Origin: a virus
Lineage: Duplodnaviria > Heunggongvirae > Uroviricota > Caudoviricetes
Reading direction: 5' to 3' (one strand)
IMG/VR virus record: IMGVR_UViG_3300033463_000024
DNA: 64,000 nucleotides
In this document: piece by piece, positions 9,360 to 18,632 of the stretch
Position numbering within the stretch: the first letter of the stretch is position 1
Layout: each line of letters starts with the position of its first letter
Translations under genes and position numbers: made by a program
Notes under the pieces: model-generated
Database searches by the model: none
What the model saw: the letters and a program-made list of their open reading frames with translations, nothing else
What the model was told of the DNA's origin: nothing

Positions 9360-9788
9360 TTATACACAGTATGCGGCATACGGCGAATCGTATTTCCTGA
9401 ACATCTTGCCAAGATCCGGTTTCACCACGCCTAGTTCATTTGCTCGGGCATATAGGGCCATGAGTGCCGGCTCCGTATCGTCACCGAAGGCATAGGTCGG
9501 ATTAGCCGTTTCAATCATCCAAAGCGCCCTTTGCACCATTTCTTTCTCATCCTTGCAGAGAACAAACTTTCCGCATTTGGCAGCAATCGAAGCTCTGGTA
9601 TCCGATGTAATATCGTGGGTACCGTAGGTGATAAATTCGTTCTTGCTGGAGAGGTACACGGTCATGCAGACGAACTCGCCTGCATAATGTCTCCTGGGAT
9701 CGGGGAACCTTCCGTTCACAGCAACTTCGATATCCAGTGCGAGAGCATCCTCGCTGTCGTCCAATGGCTTGCATAAGTGTGTATTCAT
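9360..9788 (-). CDS. hypothetical protein (142 aa; MNTHLCKPLDD...)
   Basis: ATG 4 nt downstream of the conserved promoter box. Confidence 0.55.
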   Translation of the reverse strand: MNTHLCKPLDDSEDALALDIEVAVNGRFPDPRRHYAGEFVCMTVYLSSKNEFITYGTHDITSDTRASIAAKCGKFVLCKDEKEMVQRALWMIETANPTYAFGDDTEPALMALYARANELGVVKPDLGKMFRKYDSPYAAYCV

Positions 9789-9792
9789 GTTC

Positions 9793-9824
9793 AAAATGTA
9801 GCATTTCCTGCTAGAAATGGCAAC
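9793..9824 (-). promoter_or_regulatory. conserved promoter GTTGCC-N13-AATGCTACATTTT
   Basis: consensus copy; leaderless arrangement. Confidence 0.6.
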
Positions 9825-9843
9825 ATTGGTGTAGTTTCCAGGC

Positions 9844-10578
9844 ATGGAACCGCAAGTCATCATATCCCTTACAAGCTGGAAGGGGCGCATATACAACGAG
9901 CTTACCGCCCCGGTCATATTCTCCTACATCACCCAGGAATCCCCGGTACCGTTCAAGGTGGTACTGGTACTGTCATCGGACGAATTCCCCGGTAAGGAAG
10001 CCGAAGTGCCGGAGGGCATATTGAAACTGGCAAAGGGATGCGAAAACTTTGAAATCCTCTGGACGGTCGCCAATACTGGTCCATACAAAAAATACTTCCC
10101 CGTGAAGGAGAAGTATCCAAGCTTACCAATCATTACCGTAGACGACGATTCTACCGCATATCCGCATTTCATGAAGACCTTGTGGAAGCTTCACACCGAA
10201 CATCCGGACAGGGTAATATATGGATGTGCCGGACAGCCGTACTCCTGGATGAACAGGCACAGTATAGACGGCGTTAGGTATGGTGTCGCTTTGTATCCGC
10301 CCGGTTCCACGTATGACCTGGATGCACAGTTCGGCATCAAGTACTTTAAGTTCATGGACGACGAGTTCATGAGGCTCCTGTGCCTCCTGAACGGCACCCA
10401 CCATGTGACCATAGACGCCAATTCAGTCCTTATTATCAACGGTTTCGCCCAGGACAAGGCAATCGGTCGTGTCCATGGGCGAGAGTTCCGTGAAATCGGG
10501 GACATGTGGGGGCGCCTTGGGTCAGAGCATCCCGAATTGAAGAAGATTTGGGAAGAAAAACGTAAGATTCCCAACTGA
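9844..10578 (+). CDS. putative GT-A-like glycosyltransferase, member of a 3-paralog family (IISLTSWKGRI ... VDDD)
   Basis: 244-aa ORF; paralogous to 26516..27193 and 27845..28522, sharing the SLTSWK(G/A)R N-terminus and a DDD (DxD-like) motif. Confidence 0.55.
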   Translation: MEPQVIISLTSWKGRIYNELTAPVIFSYITQESPVPFKVVLVLSSDEFPGKEAEVPEGILKLAKGCENFEILWTVANTGPYKKYFPVKEKYPSLPIITVDDDSTAYPHFMKTLWKLHTEHPDRVIYGCAGQPYSWMNRHSIDGVRYGVALYPPGSTYDLDAQFGIKYFKFMDDEFMRLLCLLNGTHHVTIDANSVLIINGFAQDKAIGRVHGREFREIGDMWGRLGSEHPELKKIWEEKRKIPN

Positions 10579-10585
10579 GCATGAC

Positions 10586-11110
10586 CTAAATAGTCCATGA
10601 TTCCAGTTTAAACCACGTGCCATCATCACGCGGTCTCACTGTTATTTTTAATGTAATATCATAACTGTGGCCATCCAGGATATATTCTAACTGGTCAAGT
10701 TCCTCAGCCGACTGGTTATTATCGTACACGTGATACAGCGTCACACGTACAGTGTCATCTTTGCGCTCACAGATGAATTCGATGAAGCTATCCGGACTAG
10801 CATCTTGGTTGTCCCAATGATAGCAGAGGCCTGGAATAGTAATGAAATCAGACAGAGCGAATGTGCACTCAATGTCCGTAGGTGAATTCGCACTTAGCTC
10901 CCTGACGTTGGAGTCAGTATTAACCACGTTTTTCAGTTTTTCAAGTTCCGCCGCGATACCGGTCGGCGTAATTTCTCCGTTGCAAAAACAGACATTCGCA
11001 TGCTTATCGGATACGGTAATTACCTGTTCGCCGGTTGTAACAATATGAACCCCGTACCGATTCTCGAGTGTACGCAATTCATCCAAGAATGTCTTAAGAT
11101 TGTTGGTCAT
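10586..11110 (-). CDS. hypothetical protein (174 aa)
   Basis: GGAG SD before ATG 11110. Confidence 0.5.
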   Translation of the reverse strand: MTNNLKTFLDELRTLENRYGVHIVTTGEQVITVSDKHANVCFCNGEITPTGIAAELEKLKNVVNTDSNVRELSANSPTDIECTFALSDFITIPGLCYHWDNQDASPDSFIEFICERKDDTVRVTLYHVYDNNQSAEELDQLEYILDGHSYDITLKITVRPRDDGTWFKLESWTI

Positions 11111-11150
11111 TCTGACTCCGTGTTCCATAATGTTTCATTTTTCACCCATC

Positions 11151-11420
11151 CTATGACTCTTTTAAGTTTTTGAGGATATCACACAGGTCTTCCTGCAGCA
11201 TGCAATGCAGCGGTTCCTCGCCCTCGATAAAGAGGATAACCATCTGGGGCACATCGTACTTGTCCGGCGGACAGTACCGCATGACTAGCGTCTCGCCCAC
11301 CATGCAGTCGGTGAACCGCCGGTCACTGATGCGGCTGTGCGTAAACACGATGTCATGCTCGGGAAAGTACCGTTCGCATGCCTCGTAGAAGTCCGCCTTT
11401 GTGACCACCGGGCCGTGCAT
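11151..11420 (-). CDS. hypothetical protein (89 aa)
   Basis: TAATG overlap with the upstream gene. Confidence 0.45.
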   Translation of the reverse strand: MHGPVVTKADFYEACERYFPEHDIVFTHSRISDRRFTDCMVGETLVMRYCPPDKYDVPQMVILFIEGEEPLHCMLQEDLCDILKNLKES

Positions 11421-11734
11421 TATTTACGCCCCAGGTACATGTAAGTGTCGGAGTCTTCGGCCCATGCTGCAATGTGCTTCTTGCAGGACGGGCACTCCGT
11501 TGCCAAAATGAAGCTGGCCTTACGTTCCGGGTTGTACCATCGGGCCCTCCCGCGCATGGGGGTGCATTTGTAGACCCACATCTGGTCATAACCGGCCATG
11601 AAGGCGGCCTGGCAGTGCAAGCACTTGAACTCTACGCCGTAGCGGATCTCGTTGAACTTGACATCATCGTCCAGTTCCACGTCGTAGTCACTGGAAATGT
11701 CGAGACTCTTCCTTACATCTTGTTCCGATACCAT
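11420..11734 (-). CDS. zinc-ribbon protein (CxxC...CxxC), 104 aa; its 5' end is duplicated at 13113..13254
   Basis: AGGAG SD; KCLHC...CPSCK motifs. Confidence 0.55.
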   Translation of the reverse strand: MVSEQDVRKSLDISSDYDVELDDDVKFNEIRYGVEFKCLHCQAAFMAGYDQMWVYKCTPMRGRARWYNPERKASFILATECPSCKKHIAAWAEDSDTYMYLGRK

Positions 11735-11743
11735 ATTACACTC

Positions 11744-12373
11744 CTAGATTGGAACTGTCCTGCAAAGGTCACAGTAGTCCTTCTTCCACACGAACCATGC
11801 GTGGCACATGGTGGTCGCCCAGCGCTTGCCGTTCTCGTCCCACTGCTGCCCGTTGTTCCATGTGGGCATACGCTTGGAGAAGGGGAAGCAGAATGCCGGC
11901 GGGTTGTCCAGGAGGAACTGCTTGCGCTTCTCGCCTTCCCAGAACTGGATTTTCAGGAACATGGCCAGGTAGCCCCGGTGTTCAAGATGTTCCAGACACT
12001 TCTTCACGAAGTCGAGTGCGATGGAATACGGGGGATTGGTGACGATGAGCTGGTACTTCCGTTCCGGCTTGAACGTCATGAAGTCCTGCACGATGGTCTC
12101 CGGGTACCCGCGGTCCACGATGTCTACGAATGTATTCACCGATTCCGGACGGTGGAGGGAGAAGTTGAAGTAGTCCAGCGTGGCCCTGGCGATGTTGCCG
12201 TTGCCCACGCACGGTTCCATGAAGGACCACGGGGAGAAATCAGTGAACTCATTGTCGTACATGCAGAGAGCCTTGAAAAGCTGCTCCACCGCTGCAGGGT
12301 CGGTCGCGTAGAAGTCGTTATCGACACGACCGTTTTCCGGGTTGCCCCCGGCCAGTTTTCCACCTTGCATCAT
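11744..12373 (-). CDS. DNA methyltransferase (N6-adenine or N4-cytosine class; motif IV TNPPYS, motif I-like EPCVGNGN)
   Basis: NPPY catalytic motif read from the translation; own conserved promoter and GAGGA SD. Confidence 0.65.
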   Translation of the reverse strand: MMQGGKLAGGNPENGRVDNDFYATDPAAVEQLFKALCMYDNEFTDFSPWSFMEPCVGNGNIARATLDYFNFSLHRPESVNTFVDIVDRGYPETIVQDFMTFKPERKYQLIVTNPPYSIALDFVKKCLEHLEHRGYLAMFLKIQFWEGEKRKQFLLDNPPAFCFPFSKRMPTWNNGQQWDENGKRWATTMCHAWFVWKKDYCDLCRTVPI

Positions 12374-12402
12374 ATCCTCATGTGGTTAATTGTTTACCTT
12401 GT

Positions 12403-12433
12403 AAATGTAGCAAAAATTTCTTACACCGGCAAG
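12403..12433 (-). promoter_or_regulatory. conserved promoter CTTGCC-N13-TTTGCTACATTTA
   Basis: consensus copy about 30 nt upstream of ATG 12373. Confidence 0.6.
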
Positions 12434-12437
12434 AAAC

Positions 12438-12722
12438 TTACACGCATTCCCGGCATGCACCGAATTTCAACGCCTCCGAAATCTCGAAGGCAATCGTCTG
12501 GTACTCCTCGGCTGTAATGCAATACTTGTTCAGCACGTCTCCGCTCGGTTGCTTGATGTCGCAGCGCATGTCGCGACAGCCGAATTCCTGTGCATGGGCC
12601 TTGTCGTGGTCGTACTTGCGCACGAAGTCGTTGTAATCCAACGGCTCCCCGTTGATATGGCAGTCGGGGTTCAGTTCGCAGATGTCGCCGTAATGCGGCG
12701 CAACCTTGTATTCTAGTAGCAT
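12438..12722 (-). CDS. hypothetical Cys-rich protein (94 aa; MLLEYKVAPHYGD...)
   Basis: AGAGGA SD; the longer ORF start lies inside the promoter box. Confidence 0.5.
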   Translation of the reverse strand: MLLEYKVAPHYGDICELNPDCHINGEPLDYNDFVRKYDHDKAHAQEFGCRDMRCDIKQPSGDVLNKYCITAEEYQTIAFEISEALKFGACRECV

Positions 12723-12740
12723 ATCGTGTCCTCTTTTCCC

Positions 12741-12772
12741 CAAATGTAGCATTAAGGGACACGCATGGCAAC
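12741..12772 (-). promoter_or_regulatory. conserved promoter GTTGCC-N13-AATGCTACATTTGG
   Basis: consensus copy. Confidence 0.6.
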
Positions 12773-12776
12773 CTGG

Positions 12777-13211
12777 CTAATCGGGGAACACCTTGTCGAG
12801 CGCCTTGGTGAACAGGTAGTGGGCGCCTGGCCCCCAGACACCGTTGGCAATGCCTGTACCGATAATCCCCCACTTCGCCGGTTCTTGAGCCGTCAATGAA
12901 CAGTATGTCATTCCCGCCATGATGGGGAGGCCCACCCAGATTATGTAGAGTACCAGGAGAATGCAGATTAAGGCGGCTACGCCAAGTCCCTTCATCAGCG
13001 TGAGATAGCATTCCGCCCATGTCTCGTCCTTGAAGAATACTGGCCTCAGGGGCACCGGGGACCACAGGACAATCGCAGCAATGACCAGGATACCGGGCAC
13101 GAGGCCGACATCCGGCCATGAATGCGGCCTGACAATGTTTGCACTTGAATGATACACCGCCGCGAATTTCATTGAACTTGACATCGTCATCCAGTTCCAC
13201 CTCATATTCAC
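12777..13211 (-). CDS. small membrane protein, paralog of 14112..14591 (shared C-terminus W.PGAHYL..K.LDKVF); N-terminally truncated and chimeric, since its first ~33 codons are an alternate-frame reading of the duplicated segment
   Basis: protein-level similarity to its paralog over ~110 aa; lacks the paralog's first TM helix. Confidence 0.4.
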   Translation of the reverse strand: MNMRWNWMTMSSSMKFAAVYHSSANIVRPHSWPDVGLVPGILVIAAIVLWSPVPLRPVFFKDETWAECYLTLMKGLGVAALICILLVLYIIWVGLPIMAGMTYCSLTAQEPAKWGIIGTGIANGVWGPGAHYLFTKALDKVFPD

Positions 13212-13254
13212 TGGAAATATTAAGACTCTTTCTTATATCTTGTTCCGATACCAT
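13113..13254 (-). pseudogene. duplicated 5' fragment (47 codons, MVSEQDIRKS...CQAAFMAG) of the zinc-ribbon gene 11420..11734, then frame-shifted into the membrane gene
   Basis: ~147 bp at ~78% identity to 11591..11737, including the SD and ATG; downstream translation is R/P/G-rich junk. Confidence 0.55.
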
Positions 13255-13266
13255 ATCACCTCGCAT

Positions 13267-13560
13267 TTACATTTCATATCTTTGCAGATGGATTACAGAT
13301 TCAGAATTCACCTGTCCATGAGGGCCGTGCCACCTAAACTTAAAAACGGTAGTTCCTTGAAGGAGATAGTAAACCAACGCATCAACCTTCTCCGGGAATG
13401 TTTTCGGGAGCGTATCATTAATCGGTTGGTCGTCAATGTAGACAGTGCAGGATGTTGACAGGATTCGTTCAACCTCGTCACGGAACACCTTGATGATATC
13501 GTCATTGTCATATTTGGTGCCAACTGCCAAAATAAAGCTGTCACGAATTAAAAATACCAT
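13267..13560 (-). CDS. hypothetical protein (97 aa)
   Basis: ATG 13560; the listed ORF start is a TTG. Confidence 0.45.
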   Translation of the reverse strand: MVFLIRDSFILAVGTKYDNDDIIKVFRDEVERILSTSCTVYIDDQPINDTLPKTFPEKVDALVYYLLQGTTVFKFRWHGPHGQVNSESVIHLQRYEM

Positions 13561-13573
13561 TTGTTCCCTTTTA

Positions 13574-14059
13574 TCAATGGGTGAAGTCTTGTTCAAGTGC
13601 GGTAAGATCGGACAGCAGATTGCATAAGTTCTTGGTCACCTTGCAAAGCACCTTGGCCATTTCCTTATCGGAAATTACAGTAAGGTGAGCCATGTCCATG
13701 ATGTCGCACTTAGTGTCTTTCTTGTCCATACAGAACAATATGCCGTCGGAACGCAAGCTCAGTTCATTAGACACGCTGAGACGGTAATCACAAGAACGAT
13801 CCAGGCGGTACTCGCCGGGAGCGAATTTCCGCAAGTTGTCGATCCTGAATATTCTGTAATGACCACCAGCCGTCTTGTCATAGGTGTGCTCGTCATGGAT
13901 ACCCCATCCGCCAAGAGTCACCCACTTGCCAACGAACTTGGCCGTGAGCGCATTCGTCTCCTCGGCGTCAACCGAGGCTCTGAGCTTGGCCCGCTCGTTG
14001 CGCAGGTTCTGTATCTGATGGTCAATGTCGTCAAGTTTCTGTCGTGTAGTCTTCTTCAT
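13574..14059 (-). CDS. hypothetical coiled-coil protein (161 aa), distant paralog of 36919..37422
   Basis: starts directly after the promoter box; shared architecture (N-terminal coiled coil, W..GGW motif, ..VIS.. segment). Confidence 0.5.
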   Translation of the reverse strand: MKKTTRQKLDDIDHQIQNLRNERAKLRASVDAEETNALTAKFVGKWVTLGGWGIHDEHTYDKTAGGHYRIFRIDNLRKFAPGEYRLDRSCDYRLSVSNELSLRSDGILFCMDKKDTKCDIMDMAHLTVISDKEMAKVLCKVTKNLCNLLSDLTALEQDFTH

Positions 14060-14074
14060 TGCTGTACCTTTACT

Positions 14075-14107
14075 GCAAATGTAGCAAAGGGGACCGCCGG
14101 TGGCAAC
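14075..14107 (-). promoter_or_regulatory. conserved promoter GTTGCC-N13-TTTGCTACATTTGC
   Basis: consensus copy. Confidence 0.65.
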
Positions 14108-14111
14108 AGGG

Positions 14112-14591
14112 CTACTTTGAAGACTTGTCAAACACCTTATCCAACCACTTATCATATAGGTAGTGTGCGCCTGGCGCCCAAATTACATTGAAAACCAGAG
14201 TGGCGACAACTTCAAAATCTTTCGGTCCCCGATTTAGCAATGCGCTAATAGTCAAGCCAGCCAATATAGGAAGGCATACCCAGATAAGCCATCCGGCAAT
14301 AAAAGCACATACTATGATACCCATAACAATGCCTTCAAATGTTTTCCGGTATGATTCCCACAATGTACAGGAACCATAGTCATCCATATGCGCAAAGCGA
14401 AGCACTATCGGTGCCCACAGCGCAATGGCTACCAGATCCCCGGCAACTACCCACCAGCTGATGTCAGTATTCTTGGTCGCAACCATATAGGCTATGAGAA
14501 TAAGGCCCGGCAGCATGAGAGCAAGGGCTATCATGCCCGATTTGGTAAATGTCCATAAGGAACGTAGTGCACTTTTGTAAACTTCAAGCAT
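14112..14591 (-). CDS. small multi-pass membrane protein (159 aa), full-length paralog of 12777..13211
   Basis: hydrophobic segments; AGAGG SD; promoter box upstream. Confidence 0.55.
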   Translation of the reverse strand: MLEVYKSALRSLWTFTKSGMIALALMLPGLILIAYMVATKNTDISWWVVAGDLVAIALWAPIVLRFAHMDDYGSCTLWESYRKTFEGIVMGIIVCAFIAGWLIWVCLPILAGLTISALLNRGPKDFEVVATLVFNVIWAPGAHYLYDKWLDKVFDKSSK

Positions 14592-14609
14592 TCTATACCT
14601 CTTTTTGGT

Positions 14610-14637
14610 AAATATAGCATATTTTTGCTATATTTGG
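14610..14637. promoter_or_regulatory. divergent promoter pair: AAATATAGCATA (minus) and TTTTTGCTATATTTGG (plus)
   Basis: variant consensus boxes facing genes 14591 (minus) and 14641 (plus); the plus ATG is 4 nt after its box. Confidence 0.5.
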
Positions 14638-14640
14638 GGC

Positions 14641-15282
14641 ATGACTAGCAATGAAAATACTTACCAGACACTTAAAAGCCTTTGCAACAACTCCATCTGT
14701 CAACGCGACAAGGATCCTCGGTGGATTGTCAGCGAGGAATACGCACTTACCAAAAAGGACTTCAAGATTAACTGGCACACCCCCGGAGTAATGGACGGGG
14801 GAATAGATGTCGATATCAAAGTCGGCTGTGATGGAACGCTGTCCATAAAAACCATCCAGGATGGCATAGTCGAACTGGGAACGCTCGACAAATACACCAT
14901 GAAACTCGAACGCTTCCGCAACCGGATGATAACGATTATAATTGATGCCAACACAAACAACCCATATAATGACGGAAGCGGCAAAATACAGGTTGTAGCC
15001 ATTGACGACCCGGAGTACATCCTGTGGCAGGTACAGTATTTCAACTACATAGCCAACGAGGAACAGTTCGTTGTAGTCAAGGCCAGGTCAAAGAACGAGG
15101 CAAAGGTCATCGCATGGCACGATTCATGCTACTGTTATCGTAACGCAATCAACCCAGATACATTCAAGGTATGGGAATACAGCGGGCCGCACATCATTTC
15201 CCGTGACCCGAAGTTTAGCGATGAGGAGATGAAGAAACAGATGCTCATCTGCGAGGAATACGACAAGGAATATGGTGAATAA
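14641..15282 (+). CDS. hypothetical protein (213 aa)
   Basis: ATG right after the promoter box; a terminator follows. Confidence 0.55.
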   Translation: MTSNENTYQTLKSLCNNSICQRDKDPRWIVSEEYALTKKDFKINWHTPGVMDGGIDVDIKVGCDGTLSIKTIQDGIVELGTLDKYTMKLERFRNRMITIIIDANTNNPYNDGSGKIQVVAIDDPEYILWQVQYFNYIANEEQFVVVKARSKNEAKVIAWHDSCYCYRNAINPDTFKVWEYSGPHIISRDPKFSDEEMKKQMLICEEYDKEYGE

Positions 15283-15292
15283 TTGCCTAATA

Positions 15293-15327
15293 AAAAGGAT
15301 TGCCTCAATGGCAATCCTTTTTGTTTT
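15293..15327. terminator. bidirectional rho-independent terminator (AAAAAGGATTGCC-loop-GGCAATCCTTTTTGTTTT)
   Basis: perfect 11-bp stem with flanking A/T runs, between convergent genes. Confidence 0.7.
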
Positions 15328-15751
15328 ACTTCAGTATCAAATTTTCCAGTTTCTTGTATATCTCATATATGAATGAGCCTATGAAAGCAACTGCATGCGA
15401 GATGACAAATCCCACCCACATCGGAAGCAATAACGGGAACAATATCAACATAGGAGCAATTACCTTCCCGTACCGTTCCCTACGTTCTTCGGTGGTCGGT
15501 TCATATTCAAGCGGATCATCCCCGGCCATATATAATACGGCTACGATAAAGAATATGGAATTTATTGCGCCATATACACCCATTACAGTATGGGATACTA
15601 TGGTATAATGTTCAAAGCCAAGCGCATTAAGTCCCATCAAATCCAGATACAGCAGCACGATTGCATCAATAACCATTGTACTCCACATGATGCCCGGATA
15701 TTCGGCGGTCAAATCAGACAGTGTGCTATGTAATAATTTTATAAGTTTCAT
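15326..15751 (-). CDS. membrane protein (141 aa)
   Basis: hydrophobic ORF. Confidence 0.5.
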   Translation of the reverse strand: MKLIKLLHSTLSDLTAEYPGIMWSTMVIDAIVLLYLDLMGLNALGFEHYTIVSHTVMGVYGAINSIFFIVAVLYMAGDDPLEYEPTTEERRERYGKVIAPMLILFPLLLPMWVGFVISHAVAFIGSFIYEIYKKLENLILK

Positions 15752-15755
15752 GTAT

Positions 15756-17141
15756 TTACCTTATTTTTAAGATTTCCTGGGCTTCATCATATTGCGCAAT
15801 TGTGAGATACCATGGCTTTGCGCGGATCGAGTTCCAGCAATACTGGGTACCGTTCTCATAGTTTCCAAAATTCTTATATGACGGTCGTGCCAGCTTTTTC
15901 ACCAGCCCGTAATACAGCAAGTCTACGTCACCGGTGTACTCCTTGTACTCGTCCCAGAATGTTTTATTGATGAACTGGATAAACTCGATTGGCGTCATGT
16001 CGCCGATGTAAGTTTCCACCACCTTCTTGGATTTACCTTTGCGGTAATTGACATCGCCATGAAGGCAGCACATGGTATGCCAGTTAAATCCAATCTGCTG
16101 CCTGCCATAACATTCAAATTCATAGACACTGTTCTGGCAGAGCGCGTATATGTCCTCGTCTCTGTTCTCAGGCTCGTAGTAGAAGAAATTTGATAATTTG
16201 GGATCGCTTCCACGGTCATACGTCTGCATGAAAATGTCGGTAATCATGCATATTGGCAGTTCTTTAAGCTTCATGCTGGCAAACGGAACCACATCCAAGT
16301 TTGTTACGCCGGCACGCCAACCCCGGCGCAGATAACGCGTATCAAGTCGTCTGACATGATTCTTCCAATCTTTCCACTCGATATACGGCACAGGCTCACG
16401 AATGGCGACATTTTCCGTCGGAGCATACTCTTTGGCCGGAGTGAAATGCTGCTTGACATGACCACAGTCCCCCAATGTTCTATCGACAATCATGGAGTCA
16501 AAATCCAAGTGTCTACTCGACACCATGGCATCATAACGCATGGTAAACGTCCGGAAATTATAGTCCCGCCCAACGACAATGTAGTTACGCCAGAAGCAGT
16601 TAGTGGAACTATCACAATAGGATCTTCCAGTACCGCAAACCTGATGCATCAGCGGCTTAATCATCTCAACAAGCTTCCGTGCATCGACATAGTAGTCGCG
16701 AAGCTTTTCAATCAATGGACTGCATGGGATGCGGTCAACGTCCTTGGGCATGAGCGATTCCTTGCCGATCGGGCCAACACTGAGACCTCGGCTAATGACA
16801 TATATGCCCTCGTCAGGGGAATCGTGCGTACGCTTTCCAAGTGTAGTAAACGCAGAAACATCGTGCATTACTGGCCGCACATATGGATTATATTCGTAAT
16901 CCCAGTCATAATATGGACTAAAATACCGAAAATCGCCAGCTTTACTCAAAGCTATCGAATCTTCGCAAATGCAACTATGCCCACGGGACCAACTGCTATC
17001 CCGATCGTTATAATAAACGCCGAGAACGATGCAGTTGTCGCTCGGCTTACCGTAAAGGTCGAAAATACGGTCGATTTCCGTGCATAGCTGGTCATACAGC
17101 TTTTTGCTGGTTTTCTTTACTGGCTTAGTCATATTCACCAT
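15756..17141 (-). CDS. hypothetical large Cys-rich protein (461 aa)
   Basis: long ORF. Confidence 0.55.
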   Translation of the reverse strand: MVNMTKPVKKTSKKLYDQLCTEIDRIFDLYGKPSDNCIVLGVYYNDRDSSWSRGHSCICEDSIALSKAGDFRYFSPYYDWDYEYNPYVRPVMHDVSAFTTLGKRTHDSPDEGIYVISRGLSVGPIGKESLMPKDVDRIPCSPLIEKLRDYYVDARKLVEMIKPLMHQVCGTGRSYCDSSTNCFWRNYIVVGRDYNFRTFTMRYDAMVSSRHLDFDSMIVDRTLGDCGHVKQHFTPAKEYAPTENVAIREPVPYIEWKDWKNHVRRLDTRYLRRGWRAGVTNLDVVPFASMKLKELPICMITDIFMQTYDRGSDPKLSNFFYYEPENRDEDIYALCQNSVYEFECYGRQQIGFNWHTMCCLHGDVNYRKGKSKKVVETYIGDMTPIEFIQFINKTFWDEYKEYTGDVDLLYYGLVKKLARPSYKNFGNYENGTQYCWNSIRAKPWYLTIAQYDEAQEILKIR

Positions 17142-17156
17142 TTTGTTAATATTATT

Positions 17157-17456
17157 TTACATCCACTTAGTGCTTATTTTTCCTTCGTCCCTCATGTCGC
17201 TTAATATGTTCAGGACAATGATGGGAATGAAGAGGAACACGACACAATACGCCATCAGGGCGTACCCGAATATGTTTTCAGTAGTGTTGGCATATTTCCA
17301 CGGTTCTTCTTCGAGAAGGACAAGAACATAAACCACTGTGCCAAGTGCAAACATGCTGAACAACGCATATACAACCGCCATCCAGCCAAAAATAAGGCCA
17401 ACGATGGCAAACAGCAGTATGTAAGTGGCGAGAACTATAATTGGGATCGGTTTCAC
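17157..17456 (-). CDS. small membrane protein (99 aa)
   Basis: hydrophobic ORF. Confidence 0.45.
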   Translation of the reverse strand: MKPIPIIVLATYILLFAIVGLIFGWMAVVYALFSMFALGTVVYVLVLLEEEPWKYANTTENIFGYALMAYCVVFLFIPIIVLNILSDMRDEGKISTKWM

Positions 17457-17482
17457 GGTCTATTCTCCATGTCTTTCTTCAT

Positions 17483-17689
17483 TCATGGTTTGGGTACCGC
17501 CTGCTTGTTATTCTCGATGCACAGGTACGGCTTCTTCCGGTACCAGTTTTTGCCAGTAGCTATATTCGGGTTGTAATAGTTGCTTGCAATAGTCTTCCAT
17601 GCCTTCTCGCATTCATCGAGGGTCGAGAACTCCCCGATTGGCAATGGCCAACCGGAAAGGTAGGAAATGAGGATGAAATATTTAATCAT
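17483..17689 (-). CDS. small protein with an N-terminal hydrophobic segment (68 aa)
   Basis: ORF. Confidence 0.4.
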   Translation of the reverse strand: MIKYFILISYLSGWPLPIGEFSTLDECEKAWKTIASNYYNPNIATGKNWYRKKPYLCIENNKQAVPKP

Positions 17690-17692
17690 GGG

Positions 17693-17938
17693 TTATTTCA
17701 GGATATAATTGGTAACTTGCTTGATTTCACGCCCATCGGAACATGTAAACGAGCTAGACTTTCCATACGCGGTGTGAACCGTATGCAAGACACCCGAACA
17801 CACCGGCTGGTCATTTCCAATCATATACAGAACACCCGCTGTATCTTTTGGCTTGGCCAGCACAGCGTATACGACCAATATGATCAATAACGCAATGATG
17901 GATATCGCCAATTCCATAGTGGAATTTTTTGTTGACAT
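17693..17938 (-). CDS. small membrane protein (81 aa)
   Basis: ORF. Confidence 0.4.
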   Translation of the reverse strand: MSTKNSTMELAISIIALLIILVVYAVLAKPKDTAGVLYMIGNDQPVCSGVLHTVHTAYGKSSSFTCSDGREIKQVTNYILK

Positions 17939-17944
17939 GTCGTC

Positions 17945-18571
17945 CTACTTGTTTAATTTTTCAACTTCTTTCCAGAAACCGTCGAGATATTCCTGATTCT
18001 CGCGCCATCTTTCTTCATCTTCTATCATATGTTGCTTATGATATTGAATGTCAGATACGGCAAGGTTAATCAGATTGGCCTTATATGCATCAAGGCCTTC
18101 CTGGCTAGCGAGAGCAGTCTTCAATGAGTCCACGTATCGCGCATGCCATGTATCTTCATCCGGCTCGGAACTTGAAATCTGCTCAAGTGCAAACTTCTTT
18201 ACAGGAAGATATTTTTCGTCGCAATCCCATTCCTGGATAGCGTTCTTGACCTTGGTGAGACGTTCCAAAGCTTCGGCATTCTCGGCAGCTTCCTTCTCAT
18301 GGCGAGCGGTTGCCGAATCAATTTCAGTTTCAATTTCCTTTATCCATTCATCGTCAGTTCTCGCACGAAGACGTTCAAGTTTTTCCTTGGCCTTTGCAAG
18401 TTCCTCCTTATGATAGGTTTCCTTCTCCAATGTCTTGGGTATATTTGGAGAAAGTGGCTCATCTCTATACGCGCAGAGAATGCCAAACCCGCGCAAGCAG
18501 AGCTTTACAAAATCATACGCACTAGTCATGCCATCTTTGATAATGAAACTAGTAAAGCCAGTCATTTGCAT
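17945..18571 (-). CDS. hypothetical protein with a central coiled-coil/charged region (208 aa)
   Basis: promoter box plus AAGAGGA SD upstream. Confidence 0.55.
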   Translation of the reverse strand: MQMTGFTSFIIKDGMTSAYDFVKLCLRGFGILCAYRDEPLSPNIPKTLEKETYHKEELAKAKEKLERLRARTDDEWIKEIETEIDSATARHEKEAAENAEALERLTKVKNAIQEWDCDEKYLPVKKFALEQISSSEPDEDTWHARYVDSLKTALASQEGLDAYKANLINLAVSDIQYHKQHMIEDEERWRENQEYLDGFWKEVEKLNK

Positions 18572-18596
18572 ATTTATTTCCTCTTTGTTTATGTGA

Positions 18597-18627
18597 CATA
18601 TGTAGCAAAGATGCCACTACGTGGCAA
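18597..18627 (-). promoter_or_regulatory. conserved promoter GTTGCC-N13-TTTGCTACATATG
   Basis: consensus copy. Confidence 0.6.
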
Positions 18628-18632
18628 CTTCG

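Noticed and set aside
12421-13266. 281-aa minus-strand ORF beginning MRGDMVSEQD...
   Set aside because: Only the first ~48 codons are a duplicate of gene 11420..11734. The rest is an Arg/Pro/Gly-rich out-of-frame reading across the membrane-protein gene, so I treat it as a pseudogene fragment.
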